Below, one piece after another: positions 18,723 through 27,265 of a stretch of 64,000 nucleotides of DNA. The notes beneath the pieces are model-generated. The model did not search any database. It saw only the letters and a program-made list of their open reading frames with translations, and had not been told where the DNA came from. The stretch is from the NCBI GenBank assembly GCA_035510735.1, contig DATKGN010000013.1, forward strand, positions 192,596-256,595, given 5' to 3'. The DNA is from Patescibacteria group bacterium. GTDB taxonomy: Bacteria > Patescibacteriota > Microgenomatia > UBA10105 > UBA927. The translations under genes and the position numbers were made by a program. Numbering within the stretch: position 1 is the stretch's first letter; the number at the start of each line of letters is the position of its first letter.

Positions 18723-19604
18723 ATGAAAAAGGCACAGGTTTTTATAAGCTGTGGACAAAAAGATGATAGCGAAAAAGTCTTTGGAGAATATTTAGAAAAA
18801 TACTTCGTGGCTCGTGGTTTTGACACATATTTCGCTGAAGAAGTTCATAGCTCCAAGCCCCTATTACTGAGCATATTCGACGCTCTTAAAGAAAGTGAAT
18901 ATTTTGTTAGCGTTAACCCTCATAGAAAAGAAACGGGCGATACAGGTTCAATATTCGTTCAGCAAGAAATTGCGGTCGCTTCTTCATTAAGAATGCCTAT
19001 TATTGCATTTCATCAAAAGGGAGTACGAAGAACAAATGGTATGTCTGGGGGCCTCCATCTTAATAGCATTGAGGTTAATGAACCGAGAGAAATGAAGCAT
19101 CTGTTGGGCAAGGTCACTGCTTTGTGGGATAACACATCTAGAAATCAGCTTTTCCTGAAGATAGCTAATCCAAGTCTAAATATTCTAAATCAAAACAGTC
19201 AACTTACAAATTGGTGGCATATCTCTTGTCGGAATGGATCAAGTCTTAAACACGCAAAAGGATGTATGGCTTATATAGATAAAATTTTTGGTGCAAATAG
19301 AAAAAATATAATAACTATACCTTATAAATGTGAAATAGTGTGGGCTGGAGTAGGAATACATAGCATAACAATTGCTAAAAAAACTGAGAGGGATTTTGAC
19401 GCCATATTTACATTCAACGGATCAGGCGTATGGCACCCACAAATATTACAAACATCAACTATATACAAATATCCTTCATTAACAGATGGCATATATAATA
19501 TTGAATATTTAGTTGTAAGTGATAATTTTCCCGACGCGAGATTATTAGTTAAATTGAAGCTTCAAAAAGATATTATGACAGTCATAAAACAAAGACAATT
19601 ATAG
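18723..19604 (+). CDS. TIR-like domain protein with C-terminal beta-rich domain
   Basis: QVFISCG, GFDTYF, IFDALKESEYFV, SIFVQQEIAVA (catalytic-Glu position), PIIAF. Confidence 0.72.
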   Translation: MKKAQVFISCGQKDDSEKVFGEYLEKYFVARGFDTYFAEEVHSSKPLLLSIFDALKESEYFVSVNPHRKETGDTGSIFVQQEIAVASSLRMPIIAFHQKGVRRTNGMSGGLHLNSIEVNEPREMKHLLGKVTALWDNTSRNQLFLKIANPSLNILNQNSQLTNWWHISCRNGSSLKHAKGCMAYIDKIFGANRKNIITIPYKCEIVWAGVGIHSITIAKKTERDFDAIFTFNGSGVWHPQILQTSTIYKYPSLTDGIYNIEYLVVSDNFPDARLLVKLKLQKDIMTVIKQRQL

Positions 19605-19619
19605 TCGAATGATATAACT

Positions 19620-20456
19620 ATGAAGAGAAAACTTATCGACGTTCCTATTCAGTATGAGAGCATTATAAAAACTGCCTTTATTACAAGAACAAAATCTATA
19701 AATGACTTTAAGGAACGTGATTTTAAACGTTTAATTAAAGCTGTGCGGGATAGTGGCATTAAGAATAGATATGTCCTATCAGATATTGATAAGGATAATT
19801 ATCTAGTTCCTGACACTGATTTAACCGTGACTGTCATTAAAGATAAAAACCCTACAAGCGCAATTTCGCTAAATAAGGCTCTTCAGAGGATAAGAGAAGA
19901 TGATGTTAATCCGAAAGCATTTTTGATTTCCTCGCAAGAGGTGATCTTAACGGATGATCATATTAATAGACTCATTAAAGTGTTAAACGACGACCCTACT
20001 CTTCTTGTAGCTGGGTATAAATTTACCATTAAGGATGAAGAATTAAATAGTGAGTTGCAGTGGTATTATGCAAGGAAAAAATTGATAGCGTTTAAGGTGC
20101 CCTGGAATACCTGCGCCCTCTGGAATTACAAGTTATTCGATAAGTACGTGGAAGAGTTTGATGAAATCACGACTAAAAACCCTTTTAACCCAGTGTGTGT
20201 TTGTATTGATAACGTCTGCAGTCAAACAGAACACGTGGGAATGGAGGATGGGCTTGCTATTGCAAAGGCATTGACTCAAAATGAACGTCTAAAATACAAG
20301 TTAATAAGTGCGGACCCACCACTCTGTTGGAAAGTCAATGTTGATAGAATAAATGAACATAGGAAAAAACTTGCCAGAAAAGATACAGTAATGCGAGATT
20401 TTATGGAGGTTAAAAAATATTCTATCGATAAGTCACGAAATGCTAGGATGGAGTAG
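19620..20456 (+). CDS. Hypothetical protein, GT-A glycosyltransferase-like
   Basis: SLNKAL, FLISSQEVILTDDHINRL...DPTLLVAG, PWNTCALW, GMED follow GT2 motif order; DxD degenerate (SQE). Confidence 0.5.
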   Translation: MKRKLIDVPIQYESIIKTAFITRTKSINDFKERDFKRLIKAVRDSGIKNRYVLSDIDKDNYLVPDTDLTVTVIKDKNPTSAISLNKALQRIREDDVNPKAFLISSQEVILTDDHINRLIKVLNDDPTLLVAGYKFTIKDEELNSELQWYYARKKLIAFKVPWNTCALWNYKLFDKYVEEFDEITTKNPFNPVCVCIDNVCSQTEHVGMEDGLAIAKALTQNERLKYKLISADPPLCWKVNVDRINEHRKKLARKDTVMRDFMEVKKYSIDKSRNARME

Positions 20457-20554
20457 ACCTGTCCTGGAGTACCGAATTGATAGGTTCCTACTCAATATCC
20501 TCCGTAATCGCCCTTCCGCGGAATTGGGAAATATACAAATCGGACGGAAATTCT

Positions 20555-21265
20555 TTACGAACTCGTTCCACTAGGTTTATCTTTCAACCATCTTCTGGAA
20601 GTATATATTAACCTGCCGTTAAACGGTCCGCTGTGATTAGGATCGAGTTTTGATAAATTCTCAACTAAAACCCTGTCATCCGCAGACAATTCATGCAACC
20701 TTTCCAGTAGGTTTTCCAATAAATTATTGTCATGAAAGTATCCCCGCAGGTGATACTTTTCACTCGATTGTTTGATTTTGTTCATGCTATCCTCTAAGGC
20801 TTGATATGTATCATCAGCAAGGAGCGTAAGCTGTTGAATCCGATAATCATCCTCATGTGTAAATCGAAACAACGCAATACTTGCGCCCATATATGTTCCG
20901 AGCATAACGGAGGGGTTTCTGATTGTGCCGATTATATAATCCGTTGATTGATGTAAAAGATTATTTTCTTCTGGGGTTCTTGAGGTTTTTGCACAAAGAG
21001 CTTCGCCCATCCACGCCATTGTTGTCATATTGCATTCTACTAATGATGAAACTACAACCACTTCGTCATCACTCTCAGTAGGAAACCTATCGACCAGAAT
21101 CTGAAGAACTTCAGTCGGTTTCTGCAAAAAAAATGATTCAACTTTAGCCCTGTATTCAAATGGACTGCGGGTTTTTAATAGATTATCGACCGATTGAGCA
21201 AGAGTTATAATATTTTGATCGTTTTGCGGAGGTAATATTTGCTTCGGAGCACCTTCATCTATCAT
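20555..21265 (-). CDS. Hypothetical helical protein
   Basis: 236-aa ORF filling the interval between two relic repeats. Confidence 0.7.
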   Translation of the reverse strand: MIDEGAPKQILPPQNDQNIITLAQSVDNLLKTRSPFEYRAKVESFFLQKPTEVLQILVDRFPTESDDEVVVVSSLVECNMTTMAWMGEALCAKTSRTPEENNLLHQSTDYIIGTIRNPSVMLGTYMGASIALFRFTHEDDYRIQQLTLLADDTYQALEDSMNKIKQSSEKYHLRGYFHDNNLLENLLERLHELSADDRVLVENLSKLDPNHSGPFNGRLIYTSRRWLKDKPSGTSS

Positions 21266-21451
21266 ATGAAGAACGATACAATATTCTGTAATTCGTGTCC
21301 AATTTCATCCTGACAGATGTACGAATTATTGTTTACAATTCCATAACCGCCCGGCCGCGGAATTGGGAATTGGAGAGGTCGGCGTATTTCATAAAGTCGG
21401 AGCGCAGCACGTATGAGATCTCCACAGACGTATTTATTCGGCAAAAATTAA

Positions 21452-22723
21452 TTAAGAATCGAAGGAAGACAAAAAAGCATTTAACTTTTCCGATAATGCT
21501 TTCCAAAGTGGTTTGATTACAAACTTTGCTTCCTCATCAATTTCCGAACTGAATTGCGATGTTGCAATGGCGTACCTTTTTTCAAGTTCAGTTTTCATAT
21601 AACGCAAACTATTTTGTGCCTGAGGAGATACAGATTCCGGAAGTAATCCCAATGCGGTAAGGGCGTAGAAAAAAGTCAAAGCATCTCTTCTTAACGAAGG
21701 TAATACTACTGTTTCAAGTGATTCGCCTGAATGCGTATCTTTACGATCAATTTCCACGGCAGGCATGACTACATCCTCAGATCCGTTTAAAATTTTTTCT
21801 GCAACAGACTCCGACAAATAGTTTAGAGCATCTCGATACGTTGGTATTTCCTGAACCCTGTCTGTTGGATCAAGTTTTTTTAACCCATAACCATATGGAT
21901 TATTTTTTGTAGCCATATCCATATATATTGAATATAGGCCATCCGGAGTTGTAAGAACACCGTCATAACAGGCAACAGTCATTGAATCTCTGCTTATTAC
22001 CTGTCTTTCTGGGTGTCGAATAAATTTACCCAATTTTTTTATTGTTTCTTCGTTCACTTCTTTGGCAACCCTAAATTGTCCCTCAATATACTTTGCATCT
22101 AAACCCAACGTGTAGAGTTGTCTTTTGATTGAATAAACTGTTTCTTTATTTGAATCGGTTATAGAAAATCTTACGGTATGAAGCGAGGTGTCGTTATATA
22201 AAGTTATATCACGCTTCGAAACGTCCTGAAGATGCTGAAGAAGTTTAACAACTATTGCTTCAGTTCCTTTCGGAACAGTAGTGGATGTATATATTTTTTG
22301 TTCACGCCGTAAATGCGGAATTAATGCGGAAACCACATCATCGTAATCATATGAAGTCCCGTCTTGTCTGTTGCCGCTTATATCAAACGGGTCAGACGCC
22401 CAATAGAGTGCGACCCGTTCAGGCAGATACTTCGCGTATTTTGTAGCAAATTGAGTGAATGACTCAAAATCAAAACCTGATGTAATTTTACGTTTAACAT
22501 CAAAACTACACCATGGGCAACCTCCAGTACAACCATCTGTAAATTGTAGATGCTGCATACCTTTTAATAGGGATTGTCTGACCGGTTCGGGGAAGGCCTC
22601 AAACATTTGGAGAATGTCAACAGGATCTCTGTTCCTCCTCATCTCTATGAGAGAATATATTCTGTCTGTTATTGGGAAATTGTTTGATTGGGGTGTTAGA
22701 TCTGATTGTCGTGATTCCGGCAT
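21452..22723 (-). CDS. Radical SAM-like protein
   Basis: QFTDGCTGGCPWCSF = CxxxCxxC; YWASDPF. Confidence 0.75.
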   Translation of the reverse strand: MPESRQSDLTPQSNNFPITDRIYSLIEMRRNRDPVDILQMFEAFPEPVRQSLLKGMQHLQFTDGCTGGCPWCSFDVKRKITSGFDFESFTQFATKYAKYLPERVALYWASDPFDISGNRQDGTSYDYDDVVSALIPHLRREQKIYTSTTVPKGTEAIVVKLLQHLQDVSKRDITLYNDTSLHTVRFSITDSNKETVYSIKRQLYTLGLDAKYIEGQFRVAKEVNEETIKKLGKFIRHPERQVISRDSMTVACYDGVLTTPDGLYSIYMDMATKNNPYGYGLKKLDPTDRVQEIPTYRDALNYLSESVAEKILNGSEDVVMPAVEIDRKDTHSGESLETVVLPSLRRDALTFFYALTALGLLPESVSPQAQNSLRYMKTELEKRYAIATSQFSSEIDEEAKFVIKPLWKALSEKLNAFLSSFDS

Positions 22724-22930
22724 GTCTAAATTCTATCATGTAAAGTAATTATTTCTTAATTCGTCATCGGGTAAGAGAAATTTATTACTGGATTTCTGTT
22801 CCGAACTCTCCGTAATCGCTCTCCCCCGAAACTGGCTGTTATAAGGGTGGGCGTGTTCAGATGAGCCTATAGTTGACTTTTGAAAACTACTTCCTATAAT
22901 TGAGAATAACTTGTTTCTATTTTAGATTGT

Positions 22931-23521
22931 ATGAATACGCACCACGAAATAGCTGAAATATCCCAAGAGTTTGTGGGAATAGACGACTCACTCAGAGCCG
23001 ATATATTAAACGGTTCTCACGAATGGTTACAATCATACATAACTGTTGTCTCTGAAATTGATAACCGGTTATCAGATAAAAATCCTGACCGGATTATCAG
23101 CGGACTCCTCATTGACGAGCTTAAATACAATAAAACTCAGGAACTACAAGCGGCGGCCCTTACTATTCACCGAGCTAAAGACGCGCATACGAGGCCGGAT
23201 GCACGGGACTGGAAAAGAATACAGGGAGCTATCGGGCATGACTGGTTTTATGCTGCGCTCATTGTACAAGTTTTTGGTGACCGAATGCCGGAAGCCTGCC
23301 ATACTTTTTTGGCAAAACAAGTAGACGACATAAAACCGTTTGTCAGGCAGGTCGTGACGACAAACACACCACTAGATCCACAAGAGATGTGGCATCCGGT
23401 AAAGAGCTTCCAACATGCTTTGGAGCGCATTCGGGAGAGACCTGAACTTGGGGTAACGCAGGAAGATGTTAATTACGCCCGGGAGCAACTGCTGTCAATC
23501 GGTAAACTCAATCGCCACTAG
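22931..23521 (+). CDS. Hypothetical protein
   Basis: 196-aa ORF with own TTGACT-N16-TATAAT promoter (22873-22900). Confidence 0.72.
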   Translation: MNTHHEIAEISQEFVGIDDSLRADILNGSHEWLQSYITVVSEIDNRLSDKNPDRIISGLLIDELKYNKTQELQAAALTIHRAKDAHTRPDARDWKRIQGAIGHDWFYAALIVQVFGDRMPEACHTFLAKQVDDIKPFVRQVVTTNTPLDPQEMWHPVKSFQHALERIRERPELGVTQEDVNYAREQLLSIGKLNRH

Positions 23522-23528
23522 AGTAGAT

Positions 23529-24044
23529 TCAAAAATATTCCTCAGAATTTATTCCTTCTTTTTTCATTCTATCTGAAGCCTCCCTTAATAGCGGATTCAG
23601 TTGCCTGCACGCATATATACCTACTTCCTTTAAGCCTAACGCTTCAAAAGCTTCAGGTTCGCTATAATCATTTCTATCTCTTCCTTCTCCTGCTAAATTA
23701 ACCTTATGCATAAGAAGCTCGTTGTAAACTTGATATTGATTCAGTGCGGTATCGATTTGTCTAACAAGGTCTCTATTATGTTCTAAGAACTGGGCCCATG
23801 GTCCTGCACATTCTGCTTCCACGCGATTTAAAGGTACATACAAATTTTTCCTGTATTCCTGAGGGTCAGCTGCTTTTTCAGCTCCAAACAAAGATTGAAA
23901 AAGTCTCCAAAAATTGTTGCCAAACAACTCAGGGTCGTTGGTTCGCTCAGAGGGAGTAAATTCGTCTGGTGGTACTTTCGGTGCACGTATTACCAGATCA
24001 ACATAATAATCGTGGGGATGGCTTATTGGTGCACGGTCGTTCAT
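23529..24044 (-). CDS. Hypothetical protein
   Basis: 171-aa ORF convergent with the previous gene. Confidence 0.7.
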   Translation of the reverse strand: MNDRAPISHPHDYYVDLVIRAPKVPPDEFTPSERTNDPELFGNNFWRLFQSLFGAEKAADPQEYRKNLYVPLNRVEAECAGPWAQFLEHNRDLVRQIDTALNQYQVYNELLMHKVNLAGEGRDRNDYSEPEAFEALGLKEVGIYACRQLNPLLREASDRMKKEGINSEEYF

Positions 24045-24310
24045 TTAGAGGATCATATCAAACTATAACATCTTGTCAAACTTTTGAGGAATGTTCCAAT
24101 TCCGTCCCTCGGATGTACAATTATTATTCCTTATCCTAAGTAACCGCCCCCGCGGAGAACTTCTGTTCTCACCGCCTTAAGGCCGCATCTCTTATAGGTC
24201 AAGATGCGGCACAAAGGGCCGTAATTCTCACTATGTATGAACGCATTAAGAAACGAGCCCTTAAGGCCGCATCTTTTAATAACTTGATCGATTTAGACCC
24301 GCGTGTTTGT

Positions 24311-24381
24311 CGTCATTCTGGCGAGCGAGTCAACGAGAGTGTCCAGAATCCCAACCGGATGCTGGACAAGCCAGCATGACG
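24311..24381. repeat. REP/RPE-like palindromic element
   Basis: CGTCATTCTGG...CCAGAATC...GATGCTGG-ACAAG-CCAGCATGACG nested inverted repeats. Confidence 0.7.
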
Positions 24382-24457
24382 AGAAAACCTTTCCAAACGA
24401 GCCCTTAAGCTATTCATCAGTTTCGGGTTATACGATACGACTCTTAACTGAAAGGGG

Positions 24458-25033
24458 GTGATATATATCGTTACTAAAAAACAAATACTAACAGCCGCAG
24501 CTTCCATCGCCATAATCGGATCAGTCGTCGCAGTTCCTATGCCGGCATACGCCGCAGGGAATGGCTTTTTTGGAGGGAGTAATTTTCTCTCCAATTTTGT
24601 CAACTTTTTCTCACAAAAGTTTGGACTCGACAAAACGCAGGTTACCAATGCCATGAATGACTTTCACACGCAGCAAATGGCAAATACCACACCGCGTCCG
24701 ACGCCGACCCAACAGCAGATGGATGCACGGGAAAAGGCCAGGCTCGATCCGCTGGTGACTTCGGGCAAGATAACAGCAGCTCAGGAGACGGCGATCATCG
24801 CCGAGCTTGACGCATTGCATACGAAATATCCACCTTCGGCCGGACAAACATCGGATCAACGGAAAACCCAGATGCAGAACATGCAGAACGACTGGAAAAC
24901 GTGGGCTACAGCCAATAATATCGATCCGACCATCGTAGGCGCCGCAGGCGTGGGCATGATGGGAGGCAGAGGAAGAGGGTTTGGAAGAGGAAATTGGGGT
25001 AAAACTACTCCAACTCCAACACCGACCCCGTAA
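24458..25033 (+). CDS. Secreted helical protein with Gly/Arg and Pro/Thr tail
   Basis: Signal peptide ending AYA-A, LVTSGKIT motif, strong GAAAGGGGGTGA Shine-Dalgarno; true start uncertain. Confidence 0.8.
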   Translation: MIYIVTKKQILTAAASIAIIGSVVAVPMPAYAAGNGFFGGSNFLSNFVNFFSQKFGLDKTQVTNAMNDFHTQQMANTTPRPTPTQQQMDAREKARLDPLVTSGKITAAQETAIIAELDALHTKYPPSAGQTSDQRKTQMQNMQNDWKTWATANNIDPTIVGAAGVGMMGGRGRGFGRGNWGKTTPTPTPTP

Positions 25034-25051
25034 TTAAGCAATATCGCCAAC

Positions 25052-25081
25052 CAAAGCACCCTGATAAGTCAGGGTGCTTTG
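25052..25081 (+). terminator. Intrinsic terminator-like hairpin
   Basis: CAAAGCACCCTGA-TAAG-TCAGGGTGCTTTG perfect 13-bp stem just after the stop. Confidence 0.8.
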
Positions 25082-25202
25082 AAACGTACTTATTAAACCT
25101 AGAAAATAGATTGTTCTCCACATTCAAAGTCGCGGCCCTCCGCAGAACTGAGAATTAGAGGTCGGCGTATACCACAAAAACTCATTTCGTAACTAAGTTT
25201 TT

Positions 25203-25296
25203 GAGTATAGACCCACCTAATCAAATTTTTCGTCCGAGGGACTTGTCCCGCACGAAGCCTGGGATCTAGCGACAAATTTGAGTAAGGTGGGATCTA
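25203..25296. repeat. Dispersed hairpin element (MITE-like), copy 2
   Basis: Arms homologous to 8702-8772 with compensatory changes; longer central loop. Confidence 0.75.
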
Positions 25297-25303
25297 AAAT
25301 CCT

Positions 25304-27265
25304 TTACTCTGCTTCCTCAACGATAGCGTGTCCGCGGAATTGGGAGTTATACAAATCAGCATAGAAGCCTTTTTGGGCAAGGAGCCTTTTATGTGTCCCC
25401 TTCTCTATAATTGCCCCGTGATTCATGACGAGGATGAGATCGGCGTCGCGGATGGTTGAGAGCCGGTGGGCGATGACAAAACTCGTCCTACCCTTCATAA
25501 GCTTCCCCATGGCTTCCTGAATAAGAAGTTCAGTCCGGGTATCGACGCTGCTCGTTGCTTCATCAAGGATAAGGATCTCGGGATCAGCCAGGAACGCACG
25601 GGCGATAGTGAGAAGTTGTTTCTGGCCTTGGGAAATGTTCGTGGCGTCCTCGTTTAACACCATCTTGTAGCCCTCAGGAAGCGTCCGTATAAAGTGGTCG
25701 GCGTAGGCCTCTTTTGAAGCCAATACGATTTCTTCCTCCGTTGCATCTTCGCGGCCGTAAGCGATATTATCCCGGAGCGTCCCATGGAAAAGCCAGGTAT
25801 CCTGTAAGACCATACCGAACATTCGGCGAAGATCGGCGCGTTTGAGTTTTGTGATATCAACGCCGTCAACCAAAATTTTTCCGCCGTTCACTTCGTAGAA
25901 ACGCATGAGTAAATTAACGAGGGTCGTCTTGCCGGCTCCGGTCGGTCCCACAATGGCGATCATATGACCCGGTTTTACATCAATATTCATATCTTCAATG
26001 AGGATCTTATCTTTGCTGTATCCGAATTTGACGTGCTCGAATTTGACGGCACCCTTTGGTTCTTTGATAACCTCAGGTTTGGCTATTTCCTTGACCTGTT
26101 CTTCCTCATCCAAAAGCTCAAAAACCCGCTCGGCGGAGGCGATTGCGGACTGGATGACGTTTGCGATATTGGCAAGCATGGTGATGGGCTGGGAAAATGA
26201 AGAAGAATACTGGATAAATGCCTGCACGTCACCGATTGAAATGGCGCCCTGTGTGGCCATGATGCCACCGACGACTGCGACGAGGACGTAGCCAACGTTA
26301 CCGACAAACCGCATGAGCGGCATGATGATACCGGAAACAAATTGCGCCTGCCATCCGGCTTCATAAAGGCTGTTATTGAACACATCAAACTGGGCGATCG
26401 CTTTGTGTTCATGCCCGAACGCTTTGACGATCTTGTGCCCCGAATACATTTCTTCGACGTGACCGTTTAAGTCACCGAGTGACCGTTGCTGTTTCCGGAA
26501 GAAATCCTGTGAGCGTTTCGCAATACCGGTCACGACAAATATGCTAAGAGGAAGTGTTGCAAGCACGATGAGTGTTAGCTGCCAGCTAATTGAGAGCATC
26601 ATGATAAGAACACCGATGAGAGATACGACGGAGGTAATAAGCTGCGTCACGCTCTGCTGGAGCGTCGAGCCGATGTTATCCATATCGTTAACCGCGCGGC
26701 TTAAAATTTCTCCGTGCGTACGCCCGTCGAAGTATTTGAGCGGCAATCGCGAGAGTTTTTCATCCACCTCTCGGCGCAATTTGTAGATCGTACGCTGCGC
26801 AACACCTGCCATCAGGAATTGCTGGATGAAAATAAAAACAGAGCTTATGACATAGAGTCCGAGCAAAATAAGAAGAACCCTTCCGATATAGCCGAATTCG
26901 ATGCCGGGAACGGGCGCCAGATGGAGAGGAAGTGTGGGGTTCGCAAGCAATTGCTTTTGGACGACGGAATTTTTTACCTGCACGATGAAACTCGCAAGCA
27001 AATCATTGAAAAGCTTGGTGGTCGCGAGTCCCAATATTTTCGGGCCCACAATGTTAAATATCGTACCCATGATGGCTGAGATAACGACGATCGAAAGGAG
27101 AGTTTTTTCCGGTCGGAAATATCCTAACAGTCTCTTGAGTGTCCCCCCGAAATCTTTTGCCTTCTCGACCGGCCTGCCCATAGCACCCCAGCCGCCCCGA
27201 TTCATGGGGTTCGCATGCACTTCATCACGCGGTTTATTTTTTAGTTTGGTTGCGTCATCACTCAT
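25304..27265 (-). CDS. ABC exporter, fused TMD+NBD (heterodimer subunit 2)
   Basis: Six TMs, GPTGAGKT, ISQGQKQ, ILDEATS, AHRLST. Confidence 0.96.
   Translation of the reverse strand: MSDDATKLKNKPRDEVHANPMNRGGWGAMGRPVEKAKDFGGTLKRLLGYFRPEKTLLSIVVISAIMGTIFNIVGPKILGLATTKLFNDLLASFIVQVKNSVVQKQLLANPTLPLHLAPVPGIEFGYIGRVLLILLGLYVISSVFIFIQQFLMAGVAQRTIYKLRREVDEKLSRLPLKYFDGRTHGEILSRAVNDMDNIGSTLQQSVTQLITSVVSLIGVLIMMLSISWQLTLIVLATLPLSIFVVTGIAKRSQDFFRKQQRSLGDLNGHVEEMYSGHKIVKAFGHEHKAIAQFDVFNNSLYEAGWQAQFVSGIIMPLMRFVGNVGYVLVAVVGGIMATQGAISIGDVQAFIQYSSSFSQPITMLANIANVIQSAIASAERVFELLDEEEQVKEIAKPEVIKEPKGAVKFEHVKFGYSKDKILIEDMNIDVKPGHMIAIVGPTGAGKTTLVNLLMRFYEVNGGKILVDGVDITKLKRADLRRMFGMVLQDTWLFHGTLRDNIAYGREDATEEEIVLASKEAYADHFIRTLPEGYKMVLNEDATNISQGQKQLLTIARAFLADPEILILDEATSSVDTRTELLIQEAMGKLMKGRTSFVIAHRLSTIRDADLILVMNHGAIIEKGTHKRLLAQKGFYADLYNSQFRGHAIVEEAE

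Larger units (their letters stand above)
18580..25169 (-). repeat. Six dispersed relic copies of the 3' end of the ABC exporter gene (18580-18626, 20488-20547, 21333-21386, 22796-22855, 24124-24156, ~25120-25169)
   Basis: Minus-strand translations: LY..GAITKGVK*, PSDLYISQFRGRAITEDIE*, YADLSNSQFRGRAVMEL*, HAHPYNSQFRGRAITESSEQ, RG.AVT*DKE*, YADL-NSQFCG; the live gene ends YADLYNSQFRGHAIVEEAE* (25304-25363). Confidence 0.9.

Noticed and set aside
21262-21516. 60-aa and 73-aa ORFs
   Set aside because: They span the relic-containing spacer and are shadow ORFs without start signals.
24313-24654. Antisense ORFs here and opposite most long genes
   Set aside because: They are shadow frames of well-supported genes on the other strand.
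18580-25169. Classical integron attC array or CRISPR array
   Set aside because: The repeats are not palindromic, lack RYYYAAC/GTTRRRY ends, have kb-scale spacing and translate to the ABC C-terminus. No intI or cas genes are present.
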